This document shows positions 1 to 14,200 of a DNA stretch of 64,000 bases, one piece after another. The stretch spans positions 114,640,001-114,704,000 of the forward strand of contig NW_024704742.1 of assembly GCF_018977255.1 (NCBI RefSeq), given 5' to 3'. Under the pieces are notes generated by a model that made no database searches, was not told the DNA's origin, and worked only from the letters and a program-made list of their open reading frames with translations. Position 1 is the first letter of the stretch; the number at the start of each line of letters is the position of its first letter. This DNA comes from Callorhinchus milii (lineage: Eukaryota). Position numbers and translations under genes: made by a program.

Positions 1-904
1 GATACCTACAGTGTAGCATTTGACCTCCTGGCAAAATGTTTAATTTAAATATTGGTGCTTCAAAATTTAGGCAAGAAAGTGTTGAAATGTTTGCCAAAGC
101 GAAATCAACACATTATCTGCCAAGGAGCGAGTTCCATTGTTTGCCATCAGATGACTGACTGCAGATTAACAAACATCCCTAAGCATTAATTCATGCAGTA
201 TGTGTCTAATGCTTTCCAGGATTAAGTGAGCAGTGTGCGCCCCTCAGGGGAGAGCGTGCTCATTCCATTTCAAACAAAGAGAAACTTCTGTACACATGTA
301 GAATTCTCAGCATGGTTTGGATATTCTTAAGCATGGTGATGGGTTTCCCCATGTGTCAGACACCTGGCTGTCCCCCAAAAAATCAGCGATTTAAGTGGGC
401 ATGTACCAAAGATGCTCACCATCAGGAAAACATTAACTTCAGCAGAAAGTCAATGTAAGCAGACTGACTCCCTAATCCAGCAAAATTGATCAATGGTTAA
501 ACAAACCTAAATTAGTCCAGTCACAGGTCTGTTCACTCGATAGGATACCAGTTAACTTAAATTCTTAAATATAGTGTTTTTCTAAGTGTCGTAAGCCATT
601 CTATGGTATTGTGAAGGATTTGGTTTCAATACTGCATTGCTTTTGCTAGTTTATCTCAGGTGTCCCTCCTTTCAGTTCTGGGCAAGATGACATCTCTATG
701 AGTTGCACTATAATGTACCCTAATTTCACATCATTTTGACTAATGAATAGGTATGCATGTTACGAAACGTCATTGGGTTAAAAAAAACTCATGGAGTCAG
801 AAGAGAGTATTTGTGTTCAATTTATACATTTGCTGCTTGGGGTTTCTGTTGCTTTTTTTTGCAAAACATTTTATCAAATATGATTTTATATAATATCTAT
901 TATT

Positions 905-1707
905 CTGAGCTGTCCTTTCTCCCTCACATCCGCACCACAACTGGCACCGCCTTCCATCACCTCCGGAATATCGCCAGATTACGGCACTACCTCACCCCTC
1001 ACGCTGCTGAAACCCTGGTTCACGCCTTTGTCACCTCAAGGCTGGACTATGGGAACTCTCTCCTCGCCGGCCTTCCGGCACCTCCCTCCACAAGCTGCAG
1101 GTCATTCAGAACTCTGCAGCTCGTGTACTGTCCCGCACCAGGCTTCGGGACCACATCACTCCTACCCTCGCTCGTCTCCACTGGCTCCCATCCCCCAGAG
1201 GATTGATTTCAAGATCCTCATCCTCACCTACAAGGCCATTCACGGCCTTGCTCCCTCCTACCTCTCCAACCTACTATCCCCCTACCTACCTGCCCGTAAC
1301 CTCCGTTCCTCTGGCTCCGGTCTGCTCCACGTCCCCCGCCCCAACCGCCCTACTATCGGTGGTCGGGCCTTCAGCCTCTCAGCCCCGAGGCTCTGGAACT
1401 CCATCCCCCAGTGCCTTCGCCTTGCTTCCTCCCTTTCCTCCTTCAAGGCCGGTCTCAAAACCTTTCTCTTTGACCGTGCCTTCAGCTCTCGACTCTCTTC
1501 CTCCTCCTCGCTCCCTCCCTTCCCTCCCCTCACCCTGACCATTTCCCCCCTCCTCGCTCCCTCCCCTCCCCTGACCATTTCCCCCCTCCTCTCTCCCTCC
1601 CTTCCCTCCCCTCACCCTGACCATTTCCCCCCTGCTCGGGTCATGACCCAACTGTGCAGCGCCTTGGGACGTCCTCCTGACGTGAAAGGCGCTCTATAAA
1701 TGGAATC

Positions 1708-1751
<44 letters not shown>
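905..1751 (+). mobile_element. L2-clade LINE, 5'-truncated young copy
   Basis: ORF2 C-terminus ([17 protein letters not shown]...RIDFKIL...[15 protein letters not shown]), pyrimidine-rich 3' UTR, stem-loop and (TTG)n tail. Confidence 0.92.
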
Positions 1752-2206
1752 ATTCGCCTGCAAATCACTTCAGTCACTGCAGTTTGCAATAAATCCAATG
1801 AAGTGCTTTGAGATGTTTTGACAACTTGATAAGGTGCTATATCAAACGCAAGGTTTTTTTTATTGTTATGTGGCAAAGCACAGATAGGATTTCAAAAAAA
1901 TCTATAAATGTTTAGCAGATATTTTGTTACAGTACTGAAAAAGCAATGTTTTTTTTAAAGCTGAATGAGACTTTATAATGAAAAGTTGACCTCTGAATAC
2001 TTGAGCACACTTTGATGTTTAACTGCATATATGCTTGTTTGCTACCACAAAGGATGTTTTAAAATGATCACTGTGATGTTGCATAAATCACAGAAAACTT
2101 TAATGACGGAACTCTCAATTTAGAATGAAGCATGACTTTTGACTGAAATAGTACAAATTCTGATGGTTCTGGTGCATAGTTTCAATATTCCCTCTCTCTT
2201 CCTCAG

Positions 2207-2283
2207 GTTTCTGAAGAACAATCCATCTCCCAGCTCTCAACAAGTGGAGGACAACTTTGATGGCAATGTCTGCAGATGCACAG
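2207..2283 (+). CDS. XDH/AOX-like exon 1 in window (second 2Fe-2S domain)
   Basis: cag|...|gtttgt; [25 protein letters not shown](G). Confidence 0.93.
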
Positions 2284-5200
2284 GTTTGTGAGTTCTTCAG
2301 CAGGCAGGAATTTGAGGGAAATAAATAATTTATTTGGTATCTTTGAACTAGTTTGCTCTGACTTGAAGGTTTTTCTTCATACAGTTTTGTTGACTTGAGA
2401 AGTTGAAAGTTGAGTAAGCTAAAGGCAGTGGATGATCTAATGGAGGTTTTCGAGATTATCCAATAATTCACACTGTTTGCTTATTCGAAATGAAGCCTGC
2501 CCCAATTAGTGCAGGGTATCTTTAGAATCATAGAATCGTACAGCACAAAAAGAGGCCATTCGGTCTCTGATCCTCTTATTGATTTTTATTTTTGTACTTT
2601 GATTTTGCCCAGTTTCTTACAAAATTCTATAGGGTTATCCAAACCACACATCAGGCATATTACTTGATCCTGATCATTATCCATAGAGCTGGAAACTTTA
2701 CAATTTTCAGTGATAGGAGAGCGATTGTAAATGGGAATCTTGGCTAATTTTTCTCTGAACCCAGAATTACGGAAGACAATTATTATAATGCCGCAGCTAT
2801 TGTGTTATTTGAGATTACCTTATTTACTTGAATCTAAATCACAAGATCACAGCCTTGTTTGGATTAAGCCTTTAGCGCATCCGATCTCATCCTTCCAGAA
2901 CACCCATCCTACCATTTCCCTACAACAGCATCAAGCTGTTTTTTAAAACCTGAGGCATATGCTCGTTTTGGAGGATCTTTTTAAATCAAAAACTACAAAT
3001 ACAATACAGAAAACTGTGCCTTGGATTCAAATATATATTTATATACAAATATATCACTCGCACCAAACTCCGCTCCCCGATCACTCCAGTCCTTGCCAGA
3101 CTGCACTGACTGCCTATCCCAGAGAGGATCGATCTCAAGATCCTCACCCTTGTATTCAAATCCCTCCACTCCTCTGCATCCCCTACCTCTCTTACCTCCC
3201 CTCTCCTCAAAACACCACCCGTTGCCTTCGATCCTCCGGGTCTGGCCTCCTCCTCGTCCCCTGAGTCCTCCGCTCCACCCTCGGCGGCCGTGCCTTCACC
3301 CCCTCTCTTCCTACTTTCAGGTCCCTGCTGAAGACCTTTCTTTTCGACCGCACCTTTAGTCACCTTCCTACCCCTCCCCCTGGCTCGGTCCCAGGATTCG
3401 TTACTGTGAAGCCCTCTGAGACACCGTCCGGCGTGGAGGGTGCTATATAAATCCAAGTTGTTGTATATGCATATAATGGCTAATTTAGCACAGAGAAAGG
3501 ATGGAACCTGGGATCTCATTGATCTCTTTGGCAGAGTCTCTCCCTCAGCAATTACGTCAACAACTGAGGCATCAGCAGAGCAACTCCTTTCATACGTTGA
3601 ACAGAATGAGAGGAACTTTCACTATTGAGCCACTGTGAAGAATGTCGTATCAGTTCAGTTTGATAATTTGATATTCTTTAATTGGTAAATGTAGGATATC
3701 GATCTATCCTCGATGCCATGAAGTCTTTTGCCAGGGATACTGACGTGGAGAAGCAGGAATCTGTAATTGACATTGAGGTAAAGCAGAAACAGTCTCTAAA
3801 GCTGAGTACTAAATTGCATTTTATTATTTTCCCGATTAGGGGTCTGTATTATTCGGATTGTCCTACTGTGAAATGGCATTTTGATAAACAGTTGTGGGAA
3901 TATTGTAAGATCCACGACCAATGCAAAGTCACACTCCTGCTTGCGATCATCTTCTATCTCATCTCGGGACCTTCCCTTGTCTCGGCTTATGTATGGTTTG
4001 GGAGAGTTAGCCTTTATGCCCCCACTCTTTGGAACTCCATCCCAGAGTCCCTTCACCTCGCTCCTACTCTTCAAGGTCCGTCTCAAGACCTTCCTCTTTG
4101 ACCGCGCCTTCAGTCATCTTCCCTTCCCCCCCTAGACCCAACCGCTCACAAATCTAACCCCTAGAGCAGGTGCTCAACTGTCCAGTGCTTTGAAACTGTT
4201 TCCTGACAAGAAAGGTGCTACACAAATGCAATTTGTTGTTGTCATGTATGCGAAAATCCAGTTTAATAGTTTATTGCTGAGCTCCACAAATAACCACAAA
4301 TTGCAAGCAACAACATCCCATGAAATACTGTTTTACCAACCAACCCCACCCGCCTACCAACCTACCAACCTGCCCGCTCCCTCCACTCAGCCGGCTCCGG
4401 CCTGCTCTACGTCCCCCGACCAACCCGCCCCACCATTGGTGGGAGAGCCTTCAGCCCGCAAGCTCTGGAACTCCATCCCCCAATTACTCCGCCTCGCCCC
4501 CTCCTTAACCTCCTTCAAGTCCCGCCTCAAAACCCTCCTCTTCAACCATGCCATTGGTCACCCCCCTTCCCCTCCCCTCCCTTCTGCCCCCCTGACCCCA
4601 GCTCGGGTCTGAAATCCTGTACACTGTCCAGTGCCTTGGGATGTCCTCCCGACGTGAAAGGAGCTATACAAATGTAATCGTGTTGTTTTTGTTGTTATAC
4701 GAAAATGAAGATTCATGTACATAACAATAATGCAAAAGTGTGTTTTTATCCAGATTTGTTTCAGAATCATCTCTTCCTCTTGCTTAAAGGAACACTTTTA
4801 TGTATTAAAAAAATCACCTGTTTTATTATTGCCTAATTGGAGTAATTGAAATTTTACACAAAGAATATCATGTGGACACGAATTTAAGATTGTGACTAGA
4901 GTATTAAAAAGAGAGGCTTGAAAGAGCTTCTTTTCTCAGAGTGTTGTCAGGGTTTGGGGAGTAACCGGACTAGCACCTTTGCGTTTACTGGGAAGCCTTG
5001 AGAGTTAATCCCACAAAGTGCAGTACTGCTAATTATTTTGCGTTTTACGAGCCAGTACTGAACAGTCTGGAGATGGGATTGTAAAAATGTATTGTTTTCA
5101 TATCTAATTGGGATCCTTTGAGCAAACACACTTTAGAGAAAGCTTTCTCGCTCTTCATTACATTTTCCCTTTATTTACTGTCAGCTTGGCTAAAATGGTA

Positions 5201-8200
5201 GAACTCGTATCTCTGAGTCAGAAGGTTGTGGGTTCAAGCTTCACGTTGGGACTTACAACTTATATAGTCCAGGCTGACACTCCAGTGCAGTGCTGGAGGT
5301 GCCAACCTTTGGATGAGATGTTAAACCAAGGTCCCATCACCCTGTTCAGGTGGGCGTTAAAGATCCCATGGTGCCATTCGAAAAGAGAAGGGCATTTCTC
5401 CCAGTGGCTGGCCAAAAATTCCACAGATAAAATTGGTTACTCACTTCTTGTCTGTTTGTAGATATGCAAATTGGCTGCCACATTTGCCTATGAAATACAC
5501 AGTCCTATACAGTAAAATGCTGCAAAGCTCTTTTTATCATCTTCCTGGCATGAAATGCACTACATTACTATATTAAATGCAGACCTTATTCTTATCTGTA
5601 CTTGCTTGTGCTTTTTTTTGATATGTGTTCAAAGGATTTGCAAACTTGTCCCAGGACGAAACAGGCTTTCAATCAGACCTATTTGCCAAAAGAATTAAGT
5701 TGCGTTTGTCACGTGAAGAACACCAAAAAGGCGCTTTTCTCAAAGAATGACACTGAATGGTTCCAACCTACGACACTGACTGAGCTGTATTTGTTAGTGC
5801 ACGAGCATGTCACTAAGGCTGTCAAACTTGTACACGGAGACACTGCAAAAGGTACCTTATGTCTTTGTTGGTCAACTTTTTCATTTCCTACATTGTTTGC
5901 TTTAAAGCTGAAGTGGCAATTCCTGCATTGTGGGGAAAAGTGTCTTTCAGGTGGAATATACAGGTGGAACTGCTGTGTGCAATCCAGTGCAGCAGTCCTT
6001 TCAATAAGCCATGTATACTGCGCAATCCCACAGATGCTACACAATTTAAAGTGACAACAGGCGCCTGCAGAAACATAATGGAACAAAAACCCCTTCTTCC
6101 TCCCACAATTGTTGCATTTGATATAGCGCCTTATTACGTTTTCAAGACGTCTCAAAGTGCTTCACAGAATATACTGTAAAGTGAATTGGCTGTTTATTTT
6201 GTGGACGAAATGCAGCAGCCAATTGCGCACAGCAGTGTCCCACAAACAGTCATGGATTGAAGTGAATTATTATTGTAGTCTGCAAGCCTTATTTCATAAC
6301 TTAGAGCCCCAAATCGTTCTATTTTTACCTCAGAAGTGTCGACTTTATCTATGATATTGAACTCCCCCTTTCCCTTGATCACCTTGTAGAGTAATTCTCT
6401 GTAGCAAGCTTGCTGCTAAGTTATTAGAAATAATAATATTCCTTGCATTTAATATAGCACCATATCATCAGGGTTCCTGACCTCACCAAGCCAGTCAGGA
6501 ACCTAGGCGTCTTGTTCGACCCTCAACTGTTCTTTCTCCTCCGCATCCCTGCCATGACCCGCTCTGCCTTCCCCCACCTCCGCAACATTACCCGACTCTG
6601 CCATTCCCTCAGGCTGCCGAAATCCTCATACACGCCTTCATTACAACCAGGCTCAACTACAAACTCCCTGCTTATTGACCTTCCCAACTCTTGCCTCCAC
6701 AAGCTGTAGATCATCCAGAACTCTGCAGCTCGTACCTTCTACAGCACCAGGCACCGGGACCTCATCAAACCCACCCTCACTCGGCTCCACTGACTCCCCA
6801 TCCCCCAGAGGATTGAGTTCAAAATTCTTATCCTCATCTTCAAGGCCACCATGGCCTTGACCCCTCCTACCTCTCTGACCTGCTAACCACTTATCAACCT
6901 GTCCGCTCCCTCCGCTTAGCAGGCTCCAGGCTGCTCCATGGCCCCCGCCCGGCCCACCCCACCATGGGTGGTCAGGCCTTCAGCCTCTATACCCCCACCC
7001 TCTGGAACTACACCCACATTCCCTTTGCCTTGCTCCCTCCCTTGCCTCCTTCAAGGCACGCTTCAAGACCCTCCTCTTCGACCGTATTTTTGGCCACCCT
7101 CCTACCCCCACCCTCCCTGCCCTCCACCCTCCCTGATCCCAACCCTCACCCCCCGCTTGGGTCCTAATCTCTGACTGCGCCTTGGGACATCCTCCCAACG
7201 TGAAAGGCACTTTACAAATGTAATGTTATATTGTATTGTGTCACGTCGTTGAGATGTCTCAAAGCGCTTCACAGAATATACTGTAAAATGGATTGACTGC
7301 ATTTTGTGGGCGAGATGCCGATCATTAAATGAATCAGACACAGGCAGGAGAAGTATTACTTATTCACTTTCTGGTTTAGATTTTTTGTAGACATTGTTAA
7401 TTGGAACATTTGTTCTCAGAAATCTAACTGTCTCTGACCATTAAGAAATAAACATGTTTCCTCTATTCACTATCTTTGTCACAGGAGTCTACAAGCAAGA
7501 TGGACCTTATAATATCCTGATCGATGTGAAAGGAATCTCAGAACTTTACACAGTCACTATGGAAGAACATGGCTTAAAAGTCTACTCAAATGTCAGCCTC
7601 AGTACACTCATTGGTTCTCTGAAAAAGTTTTCCAATGAGTCACCATGCTACAGTACTATAGCTAATCTCTTGCTCAAGGTTGCTAACGAACCTGTGAGAA
7701 ATGTAAGTTCAGTCTGTAGTTTTCTCCACCTTGTATTGTAAAAAGAAACCCTTCCCAGTTTTACAGTTATGTTGTTAAATTTTGCCGCTGAGGGCTTTCT
7801 GTTTAAATCTCTATTTACAGTGCTATTCTGACTTTTCTTTGATTGTGGGCTTATGCTACCCAAAACAAATTTTGTGGGCGTTTTGTCCACAAAATAAACA
7901 GTCAATCCACTTTACAATATATTCTGGGGAGCGCTTTGAGACGTCTCAACGACGTGATAAGGCACAATATCAAATGCAAGGATTATTACTATAATTATTA
8001 TTGATTTACCACCCATCTGCAGCAGATCAAATTCAAAATGCTCATCCTTAATTTTAAACCCTTCCATGGTCTTACTCCACTCGGATACCTTCTCAAGCCT
8101 TATACCCCATCTGTTCCTCTGCTCAGCAGGTACTGGCCTGCTTCACATCCCTCGCTTGACCTGCCCCATCCAATGGAGGTCAGGATTTCAACCTATGTGC

Positions 8201-11200
8201 CCCCATTCTCTGGAACTCCATCGTGGCGTCCCTATGAGTTGTCCCTTCCCTTGCTTCAAGGTCCACTCAAGACTTCTCTCGTTGACTGCGCCTTTGGTCA
8301 TCTTTCCCCCCTCCCCTCACCCCACCACTCTTGGCACCCACCCTCAGTTCAGCTGCAGATCCTAGACTGTCCAGTGCCTTGGGACGTTCTTCCAATGTGA
8401 AAGGTAGTAAACAAATGTAAATTTGTGTTCTTGTTTTCCCAGCAAATCTCTCCTAATTTCTGTTCCCTTTACCTTGGCAAACTTTCACATTGTTTTTCAA
8501 AATGTAGTTGTCTTCTATTTGTCCCTCTGTCTCATTATTATTATTATTATTGTTTCCCCTCAGAGAGCATCCCATGTAGAATCTTAGAATGTTATGGCAA
8601 GGTAATAGGCCATTTGGCCCATCAGGTCTGTGCTGATTTGTCTAAACGCAAAAAGGGCTTGTTCAGCACTCAGAGAATGAGGGTGCTTCCATCCTCTCTT
8701 TCTCTGAGTGCCGAACTACCCCTTCTCTGTGTGTTAAGAACAGTCAATAGACTGGCCTATTTTATCCTTATTCATGAGATCCATCTAGAAAATACACGGT
8801 CACTACACTTTACGGTATTTCCTGTAAAGCACTTTGAGATGACCACCTCTCGTGAAAGGCGATATATCAAATGTAATTTCTTAGTAAAGTAATAATTTAT
8901 TTAATGAGACGGGCATTAATGACGCATTGGCGATTGATTGGAGGTACATTTTAAGTGATCTTGCAGTTGATCCCAAGCAGTTGTTTAGGCTCTGAGTTTG
9001 TTTTGTTATTCTATCCTGTATACTTTACGATCCTTTCAGAATTACATTGTAATATGTTTGTTTGCCGTTAATGAGTATAATACTCCTCTGTGAAGGATTA
9101 GCAAGAAATGTGCTCCAAACAGTAGGTCAGTACTTTACTGCCTGAAAATTTAGATCCTCTTTATTGATTGTTGTTCTGGCTGGGAAATCCCAAGATTTAA
9201 CATCCCAGAGCAAGCACAGGTTTTGAGAAAGTGACCTTGAGTTTGTTTTATTTAACAATCTGCAGAGCAAACTCACTTGGGAGTTGGATTGAATGTGGAC
9301 TAATGCTGTTGATGAACTCGCTGCTGTGTATGTAATTTTGTGTATGTTTTACACCGTGTCTCGATAGGCTGCTGGCTGGGCTGGAAATCTGATGATGAAG
9401 TGGAAGCACCGTGAGTTTCCATCTGATGTGTTTGTGGCCCTTGAAGCCGCTGGCACTCGAGTGATTGTGGCGCATATTAGTGAAATTAAGCAGTACACGC
9501 TACTGGAGTTTCTTCATGTCGACATGAAAGGAAAGGTATGTTTTCATGCTCTATTCAAAAATTTTGATTACATTTGTACGTTTTATGTATTTTTCTATGT
9601 TGATCTTGAAACCACCGGGTGATCCCCTCATTCTCTGAGTGCCAAACTACCCCTCACTTAACATAATAGTGATAAAAGAAGCTTCTCTTCCACTTTAGTA
9701 TAAAGGTTAATCAAATCCAATACCCCTCCTCTCTCTGATTTAGATAGTAAGCACATGAAAATTAGGCCTTGGTACTGAGTTGGCTTCAAGGTGACAGACT
9801 TGGCAACGGAAACTCAGAAACAAGTAACCCTCTGTAGTTGGCTTAGAAGTCCAGTTCCTGAGTTAGACTGGTCTACAGTATTCCAGGGCACTGCTGGTGA
9901 CAGACCAGCCAGTTGAGCTTATCAGCAGGATTTTGTGGTCAAAATGGTCCTGTGCTGTATAATTCTATGAAGTGCTTTCAATGACAAAATATGCACTTTT
10001 AGCTGATTAAACTCCAGCAGTTATTCCAACACACTCTCTACGTCTTGGGCCCTCTACGCCTTGGTTCTCGCCAGCCTGTGCATTATGCTCTCTGGAATTA
10101 AGTAAATGGGATGCATACTCCAGGGATATCAAACTAGGCAATTTACATGTGTCCCCAGAATATCTCCATACTTATATGATAAATAATTGTCCTGGGAGAT
10201 GGAACATTTGTTGAATTTCCTCATTATTGTCTTTGTTAAAGGATTTTACTGGATTGCACTTTTATCCTAGATACACAGAAATTTCCATGTATAGGCGGTG
10301 TACTTTTGTTTTGGGTGGAGCTCTTAGTCTGGTTTGGAAACTCTTAAGCATGGTGTTGCAGTCACTAAAACTAAAAGCACACAAAAGTTTAATCTTCCCA
10401 TCTATTTCTCTTCCAATGAGGGACTTTTGAGGTTTGCTCCATTCCCCCGCCCCTCACCAGTTATAATAATAATAATATAATAATAATAATAATAATGCTT
10501 GCATTTGGTACATCGCCTTTTATGACGGAAGGACATCTCAAAGCGCTTCACATGATTTACTGGAGTGACTATATATTTGTAGGCAAATGTGGCAGCACAA
10601 TTGCACGCCACAACGTGCCACAAATAACCATAAAACGAGTAGCCAATTTTATTTGAGGATTATTTGCTAGGCGACCGGGAAAAATTCCCTCTCTTTTCGA
10701 ATAATGCCATGGGATCTTTAATGTCCAACTGAACAAGCGGACGTGACCTCAGTTTAACGTCTCATCCGAAAGACACCACCTCAGACAATGCTACACCCCC
10801 AACACTGCATTGGAATGTCATCTTAGACTATGTGAGTTCAAGTCCCGGCATGGGATTTGAATCCCCAGCTTTCTGACTCAGAGGTGAGAGTCTTCTGACT
10901 ACCACTGAGCCAAGCTAACACATGGTACAGGCTGGCTGAATCTTTCTCTGTGCAGATGATAAATTTTCACTGTGTATCATTAACCTCCTCCCTCCCCAAT
11001 GGGCTCGAGACGAGTTGGAAAATCTGGCTCTCAGGCTAGAAACTTGCTGAAAAATGGACACATGGCCCTCAGGTAGGATATCCCAAACCAAGCAAAAGAG
11101 GAAACTGGAATGAAACTAGGCAATGTCCCTGTGTTCCCAGAATAAGTCCTGGAATCCCCATACTTGCAGGATATGACCAGATATCCTGTACCCACAGAAT

Positions 11201-14200
11201 AAATAGCATCATAATATCAACATAGTTGTCCCTGGAGATGGGAGCAGATACATGAGTCCATGACATTGTGAACCTTTGTTTTTCCTTATAATTGTCTTTG
11301 TTAAAGGATTTTGCTAGATTGGGGAGAGAAGTGGTGTCGTATCAATGCTCTGCATTAGAGATTCTCTTTCATTCAGTCACTCACTGAATGATTGTGACTC
11401 TTATTCCATTACTTCTCCTACTAGGTGCTGTTGTATCTGGAGATCCCGAAGCATCCAGAGAGTGAAATAATGCGGATCTACAAGGTTATGCCTCGAGTGC
11501 AGGTAAATAAGATTTCATTTTTTGTAAAATGCTTACTTTTCTGATGAATGGTGTGAGAGACTGTGGTGCTCAAGGCCACAAATCAACCAGTGAAGCCGCT
11601 TTTAGGAACGCAATGGAATGTTTATTCACACATAGATCAAAAGAAACCATCACTGACTGAGTAAAAACAATAGCCCACTGAACCCGATGGTGCCTTTTCT
11701 TTCCATCATGGGTGTGGTATCTCCCTTCACCCTCATGCTGCCACTTACACGACAACAGGATAGCATCGTAGTATCAATGAAGTTGTCCCAGGAGATGTGA
11801 GGACCTATGTGGCTGAGCCATGTATAAAAGACAGTCCTCTTAAATATGCTGGTGCTTTCAGTTACCCAGTATCCCTAGCAGCATGTTAGTGCCATTGCAC
11901 ACATTTTTTATTGGATTTGCTTTGTTTCCCCCAGTGAAGTCCAGGAGTTCTCTGTCCTGTTACAAATGACCTGCATTAACAATAACAGCAAATTACATTT
12001 GTATAGCGCCTTTCATGTCAGGAGGACGTCCCACGGCACTGGGAATCACAACACAGCAAGCACAACATGTTTGAGTGAAGTAAGAGAGCACAGGAGCCAC
12101 TCCCAAGGCTTCACATAGAATGGATCGTAATCCTTACATTTGATATAGTGCCTTATTATGTTGAAGCGTCTCGAAGTGCTTCACAGGTAATTACTGTCAA
12201 GTGTATAGAATGCTTGTAGGCAGACACAGCAGTTACTTGTACAGCAAGGTCCCACAAACAACCATGAAGTGCTTGAGCAATTAATCTGCAGGATTGTTGC
12301 CCTGGACACCAGAGTGATTTGTAAGATAGTTGCCAAGAGCACAAATGTTAACCTAAACTATGAGCCTAAACCTTGAGCGATTTTGCTGCTGAAACATGAA
12401 CTTAATCACCAGTTCCACAGCTGTCACGGCATCCTTTCTAGAGAAACCTCCTCTCTCATGTCATATATTAAACGTCTGTTTTATCTGGACCCTAAATTCT
12501 CTGGGACATTTTATTTCACAGCAACCAGTCACAAGCTGGTTACAATACTGATACCTCCCCCAAAATATACTGCATCAGAATGGAACATAGAAACATAGGA
12601 AAAGGGGAACGGCCACTCAGCCCCTTGAGCCTGTTCTGCCATTCTATTAGATCATGGATGATCTGTACCTCAACTCCAATTACCCACCCATGCCCCATAT
12701 CCCTTGATACCCTTACCTAACAAAAATCTATCCCCCTCAGTCTTGAAGGAATGAAATTAAGTTATACAAATAAAATTGTACAAACTATCAATGAGTCAGC
12801 TCAGAAAGGAACCAGTGCATTTAGAAACACATTGCTGGTGAGCAGTCTGTATTGAGGGATGCCACTTTAAATTTCTTTGAGAAATCTTTGTCTTTGAATT
12901 CAGCTGTTTTAACATTTGGGGATTTGTGAAGCAGGAAAAGTGAACCCATGTGCATCTATCCAGACTGCCAGGGAATATGGATATATTCCTCTCTGCTATC
13001 TGTTACGCACTTGCTGATATATATCCAAAGAATATGGATTATACATATAGATACCCAGCCCTAGCCAGCCTCGCAAGTTCACACATTACTTCAAACTTCA
13101 ATTAAATTTCTACGCGATTTCCATTTGTATGGAAATTATTCAAACTCAGTTTTGCATAGTCTGATTTTTCTTAGTTATAATGTCATAGAAACGGGGATTG
13201 GCCATGTTGTTCCTCGATCCTGCTTTGTTAAGTCTAATCCATTCCCTTGCCTTTTCTTTATATCCCTTATACGTTCTTAATGTGTGTGAACATTAAGTTT
13301 ATTACTAAAGGCCTTTTCAGTCTGCATTCAGAGAGGTTTCATACCAAGCTAAGAAGCATGAGTGAACAGTGAAGTGATATAAAATCCAAATGTTGTGTTG
13401 AATTTAAAAGTTCATTTATACACAAACTTACTGGTGAGTGATTTGCTGTTATATATAGATCAATCTGATCGCTCGCTTTAAGTGTTGAATTCAGCACAGA
13501 TCGCATTCCTACTTATATAAATGAAAGCAAAAGGGTGAAGTGTGGCACAGTTTCTCTGTTCAATGTAGGAGAAATATGAGGATGTGATGTATTAATTATC
13601 ACATTGGCAGAAAATATAATGAACATACATTTATATATCCAGTGCTTGATATCCATCTTCATTGATATGTGGAGAGATAAGCAGCTTCTGCTGAAGGTCT
13701 GCACTGACAACTAGTGGAATTATCACTCAATGGATAGGAATAAGAGTCTGAGTTGTAAGTAGGAGGATGGCAGCATTCCTCACGATGTTTCATATTTAAG
13801 AAATACAGTGCAGCTTACCTCTGGTCAGTGTGATGCTGTTGCTATATTTCTATCCTTAGAATGCCCACACTTATGTGACTGGAGGATTCCGTGCAAGGCT
13901 AACGGTTTGGGATGAAAACCGAACAGTGGAATCCATCTCTCTGGTGTACAATGGAATAAACAAGGACTTCATTCACGCTTTTGCCACAGAGCAGTACCTT
14001 CAATACAAAGATATCACCTCTAATGACACTTTACAAGGTAAGCAGTCATTCCGTGTTCGCTTCCACAGGAGGTAACAATAATGGGGTACAATTTGCAGTG
14101 GATAAGAGCCATCTTTCCCTCTTTTAAAAAATGTTCAATGAATACTAGCAGGTGGTGCACCGCACTGCAGGGCTAAAAGCATCATTTTGTTTGACACTGA

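Noticed and set aside
1..900. Upstream oxidase exon carrying the QCGxCxPG motif
   Set aside because: No such motif with splice sites was found; those exons presumably lie before the window.
1505..1751. Short tandem units and (TTG)n resembling a repeat array
   Set aside because: Local slippage in the L2 3' UTR plus its normal tail; no spacers, not CRISPR-like.
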